Below, one piece after another: positions 11,198-22,999 of a DNA stretch of 64,000 nucleotides (position 1 is its first letter; the number at the start of each line of letters is the position of its first letter). The stretch spans positions 43,214,001 through 43,278,000 of the forward strand of contig OZ024748.1 in the NCBI GenBank assembly GCA_964016885.1. Reading direction: 5' to 3'. Origin of the DNA: Eledone cirrhosa. Its lineage: Eukaryota. The notes below the pieces were generated by a model that did not search any database, was not told the DNA's origin, and saw only the letters and a list, made by a program, of their open reading frames with translations. Made by a program: the position numbers and the translations under genes.

Positions 11198-13135
11198 CTA
11201 ACCCCCCCCCGGGTCATTATGGGGTTTGAGGGCGAGGTAAGTCCTACGCAATCTATGTTTACATGCAGTAACCAGTTCATCTTTCTTGTTTAGGAGTTGG
11301 TCCGTCGAAAACAGCATTTGTAAAGTTTCCTCCGAGCATAAATTGCACGGACGGCGTCCTCCCGTGTAAGAATTGGCTCTGGACAGTAATCTCCAAGTGA
11401 GATCATAGGTGATGTTGTTGTCCTTGAGGTCCCATATGTGGCCCGAAAGTGTAGTGGCGTGACGCCGGGCCGGGTTTCGGAAGGTATGTCTATGTTGGTA
11501 TAGCCGGGTCTTGAAGTCACATGCGGTAAGTCCTATATAGGCTTTGTTGGAGGTATCCGTCCTCACGTTGCACTGGTAGATCACATTACGGTCTCTGCAT
11601 CTATTGTCGAGTGGGCAAATAGATCTATCCGGGCAGTTACACCTCCTGGTCGGTTCTCCACTGCTGTTTAGGTTATTTCTGCCATCGGGGTTGAGTTTTT
11701 TGTTGTTAGAGGAGACGATGTTTTGTGCGAAGTTTGGTGTAGTGCTGTAAGAGAGTTTGATGGTATTTTTGTTAATTATGTTGTGGTGTAATGGGAAGTG
11801 TTTTTCAATGAGCCTAAAGAATAGTTTCCCGATGGGAGTAGTCACCTCTGCGTTGTGGGGAGGATTGAACCATGTTACATTGCGTGAGCGGCGGTGTCTC
11901 CTGCTGGTTCCGCTAATGGGAGCTGGACAGTAGGATATTTCCTCCCGGAAACCACTCCGCTTGAGGGCCTGGTTGTAATAAGGCGCATGTTCATCGAATA
12001 TCCGCTCATTAGCTGACAAACGGGATATGCGGAGGGAGATGTTTTTGACCAGGTTGTTTGTGATGTTCCTAGGATGGTTTGATCGGCGGTGGATGTAGTG
12101 CAGATTGTCATTAGGTTTCCTGTATGGGTAGTACAGGTCGTTTTCGAGGTCGAGGGTCACGTCCAGGAAGTTTACTCGGGTCAGGGACGTTTGTAGGGTT
12201 ATTTTAAATCCCCAGTCGCGGAAGAATCTGATTAATTGTTTCCGGACCCGATCTGTACTACTGGGGTTGTACCCTTTAAGGGTAAGGAGCCCATCATCAC
12301 GGTACAATCCACCACCGAATGCAGGAAACATATCAGTGAGTTTGGCTATTAGGAATAATCCTATAAGATCAGTGACCTCCGCCGAATCCGTGGCGCCCAT
12401 GCTGACGTCGAAGGGTGAGTCGGGAGCTCTTTTTATCCATTTAGAGTCGTCAAAGAGTAAGACTGTCTTCCTGGCGTGGAGGATGATTTTTCTTTCCTGG
12501 TCGGTGATGGGCACGAGTGTTTCGGCGAAGTCCAAGGCGGCAGTAAGTAGCGGTAAGGTGATTGAAGCATAGTAGCTCTCTATGTCGAACTGTATGAATT
12601 TAGTTTCTCGTTTATCCTCCATATTGCTGAACCAGGAGATTACTTCCTGGGTGTTGATCCATAGGCTAAGTCGGGTGTGTTGCTTGACTTTTGGTATCAC
12701 GCGGTCTAGGATTTTTTTGCTGATTCTCCCTATGTCGGACTTCGTTGGGTTAATAAGCCTGATAGAGGGTTTACGGTCAAAATCGGATTTATGGTCCTTC
12801 AGTGTGAAGTATGGTGTCCGTGGGTCTAGAGGTTCCGTGCGGTCGGCGACCCCGAGGCTGGAGGTGATTTGTTGTCCATCTCGATTTATGTCCTCGATGC
12901 AAGAGTGGTTGGCCTTTTTATAGGTGGAGTTTAGGCTGCTCCTGATCAGTGTGTGGTATCTGTCAGGGTTGACAAAGTATAGGTTCCCAGTTTTATCCGA
13001 ATGCACCATGATGTCATTTGTGTTATCATACTCTGTTAAGTTGCTACGGAGTGTTTGTAGGAATCGGTTGTGTCTGGGTTTAAATTTAATGTTCTTGACC
13101 AGTTGGAAGAGGTCATTCTCGAAGGGTGCGAGCAA
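11198..13135 (-). CDS. PLE reverse transcriptase + C-terminal GIY-YIG endonuclease (N-terminally truncated)
   Basis: FDIESYY, MGATDS, GGLYRDDG, FLDVTLDL, SNHP; CNCPDRSICPLDNRC Zn motif; VIYQC...YIG; CNLC. Confidence 0.92.
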   Translation of the reverse strand: MLAPFENDLFQLVKNIKFKPRHNRFLQTLRSNLTEYDNTNDIMVHSDKTGNLYFVNPDRYHTLIRSSLNSTYKKANHSCIEDINRDGQQITSSLGVADRTEPLDPRTPYFTLKDHKSDFDRKPSIRLINPTKSDIGRISKKILDRVIPKVKQHTRLSLWINTQEVISWFSNMEDKRETKFIQFDIESYYASITLPLLTAALDFAETLVPITDQERKIILHARKTVLLFDDSKWIKRAPDSPFDVSMGATDSAEVTDLIGLFLIAKLTDMFPAFGGGLYRDDGLLTLKGYNPSSTDRVRKQLIRFFRDWGFKITLQTSLTRVNFLDVTLDLENDLYYPYRKPNDNLHYIHRRSNHPRNITNNLVKNISLRISRLSANERIFDEHAPYYNQALKRSGFREEISYCPAPISGTSRRHRRSRNVTWFNPPHNAEVTTPIGKLFFRLIEKHFPLHHNIINKNTIKLSYSTTPNFAQNIVSSNNKKLNPDGRNNLNSSGEPTRRCNCPDRSICPLDNRCRDRNVIYQCNVRTDTSNKAYIGLTACDFKTRLYQHRHTFRNPARRHATTLSGHIWDLKDNNITYDLTWRLLSRANSYTGGRRPCNLCSEETLQMLFSTDQLLNKKDELVTACKHRLRRTYLALKPHNDPGGG

Positions 13136-13504
13136 GGGGTATTTACTTCTTTCTTTCTTTATTTATTTTATTCTAGCCTAACAATAGCCTGACACCTAGG
13201 TCGTAGAATTTAATTTACTTTACTTTTTTCTTTACACTTATTTGCTTTTCTTCACTCTCAGTATTTTTTCTTTCCTATTTCTACCCCCCATTGTTCTACC
13301 TACCGTTCCGACTTCCTCCCCCCCCCCCGTATCTTCTTTGACCTCATGCCCAGCTGTAGCTGGCACTACCAACGCTTGATTGGGTCTACTCCACCCCCTC
13401 CCCTCTTTCTCCTACTGGCAGGTTTAGCCACCATCTCCCCTACTAATTCGCAACCACAGAATTACTACTGATTTTTGACAATCACTTTGACCATATATGG
13501 AATT

Positions 13505-13598
13505 ACCCCTTGAGAAGATCGGCTATTTAAATACCAGGATAAATTTTCATTTAGTTCAGAATTAGCCGTCGAAACGGCTTGAGCTCAGCTGTCGGGGT
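13505..13598 (+). ncRNA. Second copy of the U3-A8 hammerhead, in the inverted pLTR
   Basis: Same sequence as 10002-10095 on the opposite strand; predicted cleavage after GTC at 13593. Confidence 0.7.
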
Positions 13599-13655
13599 CT
13601 TACTGGTTCCTATATATATATATATATATATATTTACACATACACACACACACAT

Positions 13656-13775
<120 letters not shown>

Positions 13776-13834
13776 GCATATATACATACATACATATATA
13801 TATACACACACATACACACTTACATATATATATA

Positions 13835-15774
13835 ATTATTGGGGGGAGGGGGAATTAAATTTATTAGTGAGAAATAATAAATATATATAGTTTTCATGGA
13901 ACATAGAGTGATAACCTGAAGTTAAAGCATTATATATGTTTACTTAATGGTATCAGTTTTAGGAAATAATAGTTGTAAGAAGGAAAGCAAAATTATGTAG
14001 TTCATCAGTAGTAGAATATTAATTATAGGTTAACTAAATTAAAAATAGTTTATATATTAATTTCTAAAGTGTATATTAATTAGGTTTATAATATTTAAAG
14101 CAGAATTATATAGTTCATCAGTAGTAGAATATTAATTATAGGTTAACTAAATTAAAAATAGTTTATATATTAATTTCTAAAGTGTATATTAATTAGGTTT
14201 ATAATATTTAAAGGTTTTTCTCAGTTTATGATTACATGATATTATTAATTCCTGTCGCTTATTTAATAGGATATCCTTAGATTTCATTATTTCAAAAAGT
14301 TCTTGGGAACATAATCTACATTCATATCTACTATTTTGATAAGGGGTGGCCCTTTTGAGCACACTCCAGGTCAGGTCATAATCTATATTCCTCTTTCTAT
14401 AACTATTAATTATTTCAGCTAGAGATGTTGTATTAGCTAGTGCGGAATTTTTAAAACTATGTTTGTGGGTATTAAATCTTACCTTAAATTTGTTAGAGGT
14501 AGCTCCTATATATGAATAAGTTGAGTCCTTAGTGTTAACTTTACATTTATATACTAGGTTATTAACAAGGCAATTTCCTTTTAATGGACAGTTTGCCTTG
14601 TTTCTACAGTTACAACTTTTCGTGAATCCTGTATCTGAGGAGATATTATGGTTAGTTTGATGTACTGGTGGTATACTCATGGTTTTTTTTACATTTATAT
14701 GCATTATAGGCACTTATATTTTGTTTTATGTTTTTGGTTGTTGAGTAGGAGAATTTAACCGTTGATCTATTTAAAATTTGATGGTATTTGTGGTTTGGCG
14801 GGAAGTTTTTCTCTAGGATATTAAAGAATTTTTTAGGTATATTATCCTTAATTTGTAAATTAAATGGAGCATTATACCAAGTAACTCGTCTATTACGGTT
14901 TCGATGTTGTTTATTGTTTTTATAGGATGCATCCTGATGTTTATTAAGAGAATTATTGTTAATGACCTCACCACACACATTTTTAGTTAGATTTATTGAT
15001 TTAGGTGTTTTAGCTTGTTTATTAGGAGTTTTATTATTAACATTTATTAGAGTTGTAGGATGAGTAGTTTTTTGAGAGTTACTATACTGTATAATAGAAG
15101 AGTTAGAGAAATTTGGTTTTATGTTGGTGTTTTGGGGTATAGTGTGAGTGGTATTTAGGTGTGTATGTTTCATTTGGTGTTTGTTGGTAATATTAGGTTG
15201 TATGTTTGTAGTGTTATTGGTAGAAGGTATATATACTAATCTATTTTTGTGGCCACTTCTAGCTAGAGCTTCGTTATAAAAGGTCGCATTTTTATCAAAT
15301 ACATCTTGGTTAGACGAAAGGTTAGAAATTCTAAGTGATATATTATATGCAAGGTTTTTAAGGGTAGATTTAGGGTGATTAGATTGTGAGTGGATGTAGT
15401 GTAAATTTGGGTTGGGTTTATGGTAAGGTTGTAGATACCTGTAGATAAGTCATATGTTATATCTAGGAAATTAACTACTTTACTTGTGTTTTCAAATGTA
15501 ATATCTAGACTATAATAGTCTTTAAGGAAAATTCTAATAAGCTTTTTATTTTTTTCTATCTCTGAGAGGCTAAGGTTATTGGAAAGAAGAAGACAGTCGT
15601 CACGATATAAACCACCTTTAAGGTGGGGAAAGAAAGCATTTATGTTAAAAAGAAGAAAGAGGCCCACAAGATCAGTAATTTGGGCAGAATCGCTTGAGCC
15701 CATAGTAATATCGAATAGATTACTATATGTGTTTCTGGTCCAGTATTCATTCTGAAATTCCAATAGTGTTAGTC

Positions 15775-15777
<3 letters not shown>
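13835..15777 (-). pseudogene. Penelope-like element PLE2 (Naiad-type), 5'-truncated and frameshifted
   Basis: Three ORF pieces (15263-15763 MGSSDS/YRDD/FLDITY; 14652-15173 linker/VTWYNAPF; 14189-14713 CNCRNKANCPLKGNC, LVYKC..YIG, CRLC); 113-bp tandem duplication around the stop; flanked by (TA)n. Confidence 0.88.
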
Positions 15778-15835
<58 letters not shown>

Positions 15836-16047
15836 TCAGGTTTGAGGTTCACCACTGTATAGAGCTGGTCTATTCCGTATGGTCAATCGTAATGCAATTA
15901 GAGAGTACTCAACGTAAGGCAGTTCAACCGTCTTTGTTTTTGTAGTTGGTGGTGCTATTACGGAGTTAAATATTATAATGAAATGATCATAGTATAATAA
16001 ACCTTTCAAGGATTTATACAAATCCAGCCTCCTGTCATTTCATTATA

Positions 16048-16050
<3 letters not shown>
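15836..16050 (-). mobile_element. Minimal fold-back PLE remnant
   Basis: 16-bp inverted repeat tattataatgaaatga (15970-15985) / tcatttcattataata (16035-16050), ~135-nt tail to the left, (TA)n on both sides. Confidence 0.5.
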
Positions 16051-16138
<88 letters not shown>

Positions 16139-16321
16139 TATAGGATTATCCAAGATGCAGTGATGGTTAATTACTACACTGGATATGGTTGACGTACGGT
16201 AAGAGGTTACTCTACGAGTTATGGAAGAATTGTTCAAGAAACTTAGTTCCTGATCCTTCAGTATTCCGGAGTGTATATAAAGAATGAATAATAACAGGTA
16301 GACATCATAAAAAGGTAGTTT

Positions 16322-16446
16322 ATTCCGTGTGCTTACAAGTGTTTCCACGGTGGTACTGCAGCCTAGTTCCGCTACGTGCAAATTCACAAGAATTTGCAGA
16401 ACTCGAATATCCAATGCTGTGACCACTGTTTCCTCAGAGCAGAATG
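16322..16446 (-). ncRNA. Type I hammerhead ribozyme with branched ~85-nt stem II
   Basis: Minus: attctgct-CTGAGGA-aacagtggt...tgcaaattc(ttgt)gaatttgca...accaccgtg-GAAA-cacttGTA-agca(cac)ggaat. Confidence 0.75.
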
Positions 16447-16937
16447 GTAAATATACAATGTAAAAACCCTTAAGTGGGGTTGTTGGGGGAAGATAGAGTG
16501 GAACAGGAAGAGAGAAAAGTAGGGAAGATGGAGAGAGAAGGAAAGATATGCAGGGGTTGGAGAAGTAGGAGAGAGTGGCTTGTAGATATCTTAATCAAAA
16601 TGTTATGGTAGGGGTTTTATTAGTTACTTTTGGAGAGATGTGTAGATAGTTGAGGTCTGAATTATTTATTGCCCCAGAGGTCAAGTTCATAGATGTTGAG
16701 AGGGAGGTAGGTCAAAGGTGAGAGAGAGAGAGAGTGTAATGGATGTAGAGAGAGATATATAGGTAGAGAGGGGACAGATAAAGTATATGTGGTGAGTGAA
16801 CTTTTGGTTTTGTAGTAGTAATCTAGGAATTATACTGAGTTACCATGTATAGTGATAAGCAGTGTATTGTCTTGTAGTGTGGGGGAGAAGAGAAGGTTGT
16901 TAGCTAGAAAGTGGTGTTGTAGTTACGGGTTCGAATG

Positions 16938-19265
16938 TTAAGTTATTTTATAGTGAGAGAATTTAGCTTTTAGTTTGTGGTTGCAGTATAATGATCGTTC
17001 AATTCTATCGTTAAGTAGTTTGTTTTTGGATTTTAGTATGTAAAATAGCTCAAGGTTACATAACCTGCAGTACTTCAAACCACTCCGATATGCATTTGCG
17101 CTGGAAAGTATATCCCATTTTAAGGTGAACTGTTGGTTATGTTCACGGAGTTGCCAGGTCTTGTTGGCGAGCGTAGTCACAAAACGGTGATTCTGATGTT
17201 TGATTGAGAATCGATGACGGTACCAGCGAGATTTAAACGATGTGGTGGTTGATCCGATATAATACCATTTCTGGTCGTCCGATTCAACCGTGCATTGGTA
17301 AACAATGTTGGACTTTAGGCATTCATTCTGCAATGGACATCTTTCAGGTAGATGGCAGTTACATGCTTTGTTGTGGGTAGCGGGTATACCATGGATAGGT
17401 TGTGATAGCGGTACAGGTGGGTTGTGCAATACCCGTCTCCCATTTAGTGGTTGGGAGGCAGATATTGCGTTCTGCCCACCTGTTACTAAAATGTTTTGTT
17501 TTGTAGAGTTGTTTAATTGCCTTAAGTTAAGTTTTTTTATGTATGCTTCAAGGTTTGGTGCCGTGGAGTATGATAGTCTAATAGTTTTGGAGTTCAGAAT
17601 TTTGCTGTACTTATGGGAACTAGGGAAGTGTTTATTGATTAATTTAAAGAATGAAAGAGATAGTTTTGTACTAATCGAGGCATTAAAAATAGGATTATAC
17701 CAGATATACTTTCTACAACGTGATTTATTTGGTGGTGAACTTCTATTATTAGTATGTCTGGTAGTATAGTGTGTGTGTGCTTGTGTTTTAGTCCCCCGGT
17801 TACGTATACCTTGATTACGTGTAGAGCTATGTGTGTTGTGGAAATTACTATCGATGTATTCTATTGTATCCCGGTGGTCAGCATTCCTTAATGCATTATT
17901 GTAGTATTCAGCATGTTCGCTAAAAATATCAGAGTTAGACGATAGGCGAGAGATTCTAAGAGAAATACTCCGGGGAACTGATTTGATCATGGAGAGTGGG
18001 TGGTTAGAGTTAAAGTCAATATACGTAAGGTTCTCATTTACCTTGTGGAAGGGTCGTATCTGTCCGGTATTTAAATTAAGAGTTACGTCCAGAAAGTTTA
18101 CTACCTTAAGATTGTATTCGTATGTTATTTTTAGGCCCAGTTCACTAAAAGATTTTCTAATATTTTTCCGTAGCCTTTCAAGATTTTGGTTATTCAAGTT
18201 ATTAACTAATAAGAGCCCGTCATCTCTATATATCCCCCCCTGTAGATTACTAAATCTACTATGTAATATGTGGGCTATGTAAATTCCCACGAGATCCGTG
18301 ACCTCCACCGAGTCGTTGGAACCCATGGTAATATCGAAATTTGTGGGTCTGTCCTTACGTTCCCAGTAGCAGTTATCGAACTTAATAATGGTTTTTCTAG
18401 CCTCGAGAATAATATTAATTTCTTCCTCCGTTAGGTCGGAATTGGCCTTAGCAAACGATAGGGCCTTACGTAAAGTGCTTGGTGAGATTGAAGAGTAGTA
18501 TTCGTCTATGTCAAATTGTATAAACTTAGATTTATTCTTATTCTTAACATTATTAAACCAGCGAATTGCTTCGCTAGTGTTGCCCCATAATTTAATTTCA
18601 ATTTTCTTTTTCACTTGAGTTATTACTCTGTCAAGTATATGTTTGCTAATTTTCCCTATGTCTGATTTAGAAGGGCATATAAGTCTAATCTTAGGGTTAG
18701 AGTCAAAATTTACCTTATGGTCCTTCAGGTTGAAGGTGGGGGTAGCGGGTATAATCGGCTCGGTTCTATCGTCTATCTTGAGATTCTTTACCACTTTGTA
18801 TGCCTCGTTGTTAATATTTGCTAGCGTAGTTTCATTTGTTTTTCTATATTTTTTGTGTAGTTCGTTGCGTATGAAGTTATTATACGTATCGATATCCATG
18901 GTATACACGTTAGAAGTCTTGTCAGCTTTCACAACAATTCCATTGGTATTTTGCAATCTTCGGAGTAGTGCTTTCATGTTGTTCTGCAGCTCATTATTTC
19001 TATGTCTGTTGAACTTAATGTTCATGGTAGTTTTCAATAAGTCCTGTTCGAAAGCTTCGAGGTGAGGGTTTGTAGGTGGGTTTTTACATGATTTAAAACC
19101 ATATGATTCAGACGAGTGATTGGCGCGTCCTTTATCGAAGTGGAAAGCTTTCCATCGTACACGCCGAATGAAGTCGTTACTGCGTTGAATCATACTGAGA
19201 ATATATTCCCTTTTGTTAGGTATAGGTATGTTTTTAAGTGACATACCTATATGATGCCTTTCCAT
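16938..19265 (-). CDS. Intact PLE polyprotein: RT + CxCx5Cx5C Zn motif + GIY-YIG endonuclease (775 aa)
   Basis: ATG to stop uninterrupted; SLKNIPIP, KADKT, FDIDEYY, MGSNDS, GGIYRDDG, FLDVTL, SNHP, CNCHLPERCPLQNEC, IVYQC..YYIGST, CRLC. Confidence 0.95.
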   Translation of the reverse strand: MERHHIGMSLKNIPIPNKREYILSMIQRSNDFIRRVRWKAFHFDKGRANHSSESYGFKSCKNPPTNPHLEAFEQDLLKTTMNIKFNRHRNNELQNNMKALLRRLQNTNGIVVKADKTSNVYTMDIDTYNNFIRNELHKKYRKTNETTLANINNEAYKVVKNLKIDDRTEPIIPATPTFNLKDHKVNFDSNPKIRLICPSKSDIGKISKHILDRVITQVKKKIEIKLWGNTSEAIRWFNNVKNKNKSKFIQFDIDEYYSSISPSTLRKALSFAKANSDLTEEEINIILEARKTIIKFDNCYWERKDRPTNFDITMGSNDSVEVTDLVGIYIAHILHSRFSNLQGGIYRDDGLLLVNNLNNQNLERLRKNIRKSFSELGLKITYEYNLKVVNFLDVTLNLNTGQIRPFHKVNENLTYIDFNSNHPLSMIKSVPRSISLRISRLSSNSDIFSEHAEYYNNALRNADHRDTIEYIDSNFHNTHSSTRNQGIRNRGTKTQAHTHYTTRHTNNRSSPPNKSRCRKYIWYNPIFNASISTKLSLSFFKLINKHFPSSHKYSKILNSKTIRLSYSTAPNLEAYIKKLNLRQLNNSTKQNILVTGGQNAISASQPLNGRRVLHNPPVPLSQPIHGIPATHNKACNCHLPERCPLQNECLKSNIVYQCTVESDDQKWYYIGSTTTSFKSRWYRHRFSIKHQNHRFVTTLANKTWQLREHNQQFTLKWDILSSANAYRSGLKYCRLCNLELFYILKSKNKLLNDRIERSLYCNHKLKAKFSHYKIT

Positions 19266-19502
19266 ATTAATGCCGTGTGTCGATGTGGTTGCTCAACTAT
19301 GTAGGAGACGATTATTAGGTATAGGATTATCCAAGATGCAGTGATGGTTAATTACTACACTGGATATGGTTGACGTACGGTAAGAGGTTACTCTACGAGT
19401 TATGGAAGAATTGTTCAAGAAACTTAGTTCCTGATCCTTCAGTATTCCGGAGTGTATATAAAGAATGAATAATAACAGGTAGACATCATAAAAAGGTAGT
19501 TT

Positions 19503-19627
19503 ATTCCGTGTGCTTACAAGTGTTTCCACGGTGGTACTGCAGCCTAGTTCCGCTACGTGCAAATTCACAAGAATTTGCAGAACTCGAATATCCAATGCTG
19601 TGACCACTGTTTCCTCAGAGCAGAATG
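19503..19627 (-). ncRNA. Second copy of the PLE3 hammerhead (upstream pLTR)
   Basis: Matches 16322-16446. Confidence 0.75.
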
Positions 19628-20557
19628 GTAAATATACAATGTAAAAACCCTTAAGTGGGGTTGTTGGGGAAGATAGAGTGGAACAGGAAGAGAGAAAAGT
19701 AGGGAAGATGGAGAGAGAAGGAAAGATATGCAGGGGTTGGAGAAGTAGGAGAGAGTGGCTTGTAGATATCTTAATCAAAATGTTATGGTAGGGGTTTTAT
19801 TAGTTACTTTTGGAGAGATGTGTAGATAGTTGAGGTCTGAATTATTTATTGCCCCAGAGGTCAAGTTCATAGATGTTGAGAGGGAGGTAGGTCAAAGGTG
19901 AGAGAGAGAGAGTGTAATGGATGTAGAGAGAGATATATAGGTAGAGAGGGGGCAGATAAAGTATATGTGGTGAGTGAACTTTTGGTTTTGTAGTAGTAAT
20001 CTAGGAATTGTAGAGTTACCATGTATAGTGATAAGCAGTGTATTGTCTTGTAGTGTGGGGGAGAAGAGAAGGTTGTTAGCTAGAAAGTGGTGTTGTAGTT
20101 ACGGGTTCGAATGTTAAGTTATTTTATAGTGAGAGAATTTAGCTTTTAGTTTGTGGTTGCAGTATAATGATCGTTCAATTCTATCGTTAAGTAGTTTGTT
20201 TTTGGATTTTAGTATGTAAAATAGCTCAAGGTTACATAACCTGCAGTACTTCAAACCACTCCGATATGCATTTGCGCTGGAAAGTATATCCCATTTTAAG
20301 GTGAACTGTTGGTTATGTTCACGGAGTTGCCAGGTCTTGTTGGCGAGCGTAGTCACAAAACGGTGATTCTGATGTTTGATTGAGAATCGATGACGGTACC
20401 AGCGAGATTTAAACGATGTGGTGGTTGATCCGATATAATACCATTTCTGGTCGTCCGATTCAACCGTGCGGAACTAGGCTGCAGTACCACCGTGGAAACA
20501 CTTGTAAGCACACGGAATAAACTACCTTTTTATGATGTCTACCTGTTATTATTCATT

Positions 20558-20559
<2 letters not shown>

Positions 20560-20652
<93 letters not shown>

Positions 20653-20673
20653 CATATATATATATATATATGT

Positions 20674-20767
<94 letters not shown>

Positions 20768-20769
20768 AC

Positions 20770-20844
<75 letters not shown>

Positions 20845-20846
20845 CA

Positions 20847-20918
<72 letters not shown>

Positions 20919-20970
20919 ACATATATATATATATACATATATATACGTATATATATATATATGTATATAT
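20560..20970. repeat. (TA)n microsatellite
   Basis: Direct inspection; another tract at 21455-21997. Confidence 0.95.
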
Positions 20971-21451
20971 TCTCTCTCTCTCTCTCTTACTGCTCCCCCA
21001 TTCTCTCTGTTTCTCCTACTTTCTTTCGCCCCCTCTGTCATGTCAGTTAACTCTTCCTCACACTTCCACTCACTCACTCACTGTTTCTCCTCTCCCCACT
21101 TCACCCCGTTCGCGAAGAAAGCAATTTCTCTCTTTTCTCACATTGCATTCGTTCGTGAAAGGTCTGTTTTCTAAGCGCTCATATATTCACCTAGCTTATG
21201 CTAACAGAATAACTATGAAGCTTGTCTCCTTCCTTCTACGGTTAGCTCTACTCTTTGTTGTTTTCTTGTTTCACTCGCTTTACGCGTTTTAATTGTCCTA
21301 ATAACTTAATTTAGTTATTATTGCACCGACGTGAGGTATATGATTTTTAATGCAATGAAATATCTATGATCGTCGGCAAATCACTGATGAGGGACTTATT
21401 TTATTACATGTTATCCATGTGCTTCCAGCAGTATTTTTCTCCCCATTTTAT

Positions 21452-21539
<88 letters not shown>

Positions 21540-21553
21540 AATATATATATATG

Positions 21554-21596
<43 letters not shown>

Positions 21597-21597
21597 G

Positions 21598-21680
<83 letters not shown>

Positions 21681-21681
21681 G

Positions 21682-21712
<31 letters not shown>

Positions 21713-21737
21713 GTATATATATATGTATATATATCTG

Positions 21738-21802
<65 letters not shown>

Positions 21803-21905
21803 GTATATATATATGTATATATATATGTATATGTATATATATATGTATATATATATGTATATGTATATATATATGTATATGTATATATATATGTATATGT
21901 ATATA

Positions 21906-21997
<92 letters not shown>

Positions 21998-22150
21998 GTG
22001 AAGGCGTGTGGCTGAGTGGTTAGTGAATTTGATTCGCAATCGTAAGGTTGTGAGTTCGATTCCTGGACCAGGAATCGAAGGAGACGGGATGTGTATTGGT
22101 GTAATGGTAGCACATTGGTTCGACTCCCATGTACGGCAACACTCATCTTT
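21998..22150 (+). mobile_element. tRNA-derived SINE head followed by a second tRNA-like unit
   Basis: A box tggctgagtgg, B box gttcgattcc; then tggtgtaatgg ... ggttcgactcc. Confidence 0.55.
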
Positions 22151-22228
22151 TTCCATTTCTCCGAGGGTTATAAACCCCACTATCAGGCTAGAAATTTCTT
22201 TAGTCTAAAATACAGTGAAAGCTTATAA

Positions 22229-22283
<55 letters not shown>

Positions 22284-22314
22284 CATATATATACATATAT
22301 ATACATATATATAT

Positions 22315-22725
22315 ACTCTATATAAAATATATACAGTACCTAGTAGTGCTATCTTTTGTATGCTATATATATATATAAGTCTTGTGGTACTCTATATAAT
22401 ATAAATACAGTACCTTGTAGTGTTATCTTTTGTATGCTGTATATATATATATGTAAGTCTTGTGGTACTCTATATAATATAAATACAGTACCTTGTAGTG
22501 TTATCTTTTGTATGCTGTATATATATATATGTAAGTCTTGTGGTACTCTATATAATATAAATACAGAACCTTGTAGTGTTATCTTTTGTATGCTGTATAT
22601 ATATGTGTGTGTAAGTCTTGTGGTACTCTATATAATATAAATACAGTACCTTGTAGTGTTATCTTTTGTATGCTGTACATATATCTGTAAGTCCTGGGCT
22701 TTGGGCTATGTATTATTATTATTTT
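22315..22725 (+). repeat. Right half of the split interspersed repeat, with ~78-bp tandem units
   Basis: gtaagtcttgtggtactctatataatataaatacagtaccttgtagtgttatcttttgtatgct x4-5, ending gtaagtcctggg...(tta)n as at 56447-56482. Confidence 0.75.
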
Positions 22726-22999
22726 AGTAAATGCAATCTGGTGAAACACACCAAGCCGAAGACTCGGACATACAGACGACAAGTTAAAGAAGAATACATA
22801 ACACGATGTGGTTCATGGTTGATGAGAGAATGTAAGAAAACAGTGTAAGTAATTAGATAGATTAATAGATTGGTGTAATCGGTGGAGTGTCGGACTATTA
22901 TCTTGTGGTATTTAGTTACGACTCTTTAAGTTTTGATTTTGTATTCCATCTTGTCATCTTTGTGGAGTTGATTAAATCAGGCATGAACTGGAATCGATG

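Larger units (their letters stand above)
9910..13612 (-). mobile_element. Penelope-like element PLE1 (Naiad-type), 5'-truncated, with inverted 5' pLTR and 3' tail
   Basis: 13140-13612 is the reverse complement of ~9988-10460; ~78-nt tail at 9910-9987; flanked by (TA)n; RT + GIY-YIG ORF. Confidence 0.92.
16137..20562 (-). mobile_element. Penelope-like element PLE3: full unit plus partial tandem copy (direct pLTRs) plus short inverted 5' arm
   Basis: 19318-20468 repeats 16137-17292 (offset ~3.18 kb); 20469-20562 is the reverse complement of ~16277-16371; flanked by (TA)n. Confidence 0.93.

Noticed and set aside
12267-13181. Plus-strand ORFs over PLE, RTE and gene A coding regions
   Set aside because: Antisense shadows of real ORFs
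13880-14130. CTGATGA motifs in the PLE2 3' region as a hammerhead
   Set aside because: Could not find a GAAA with consistent stems I-III
19293-19778. Upstream ORF in frame with PLE3 and separated by a single TGA (possible selenocysteine readthrough, as some Naiads are selenoproteins)
   Set aside because: The TGA is upstream of the conserved N-terminus and not at a Cys position; the ORF runs through pLTR/ribozyme sequence; no SECIS recognised; PLE1/PLE3 ORFs have no internal TGA
21355-21400. Permuted hammerhead (GAAA...tgat/atca CTGATGA)
   Set aside because: Stems II and III do not form
20492-22180. Many YIYI/CVCV/RERE ORFs here and elsewhere
   Set aside because: Microsatellite translations
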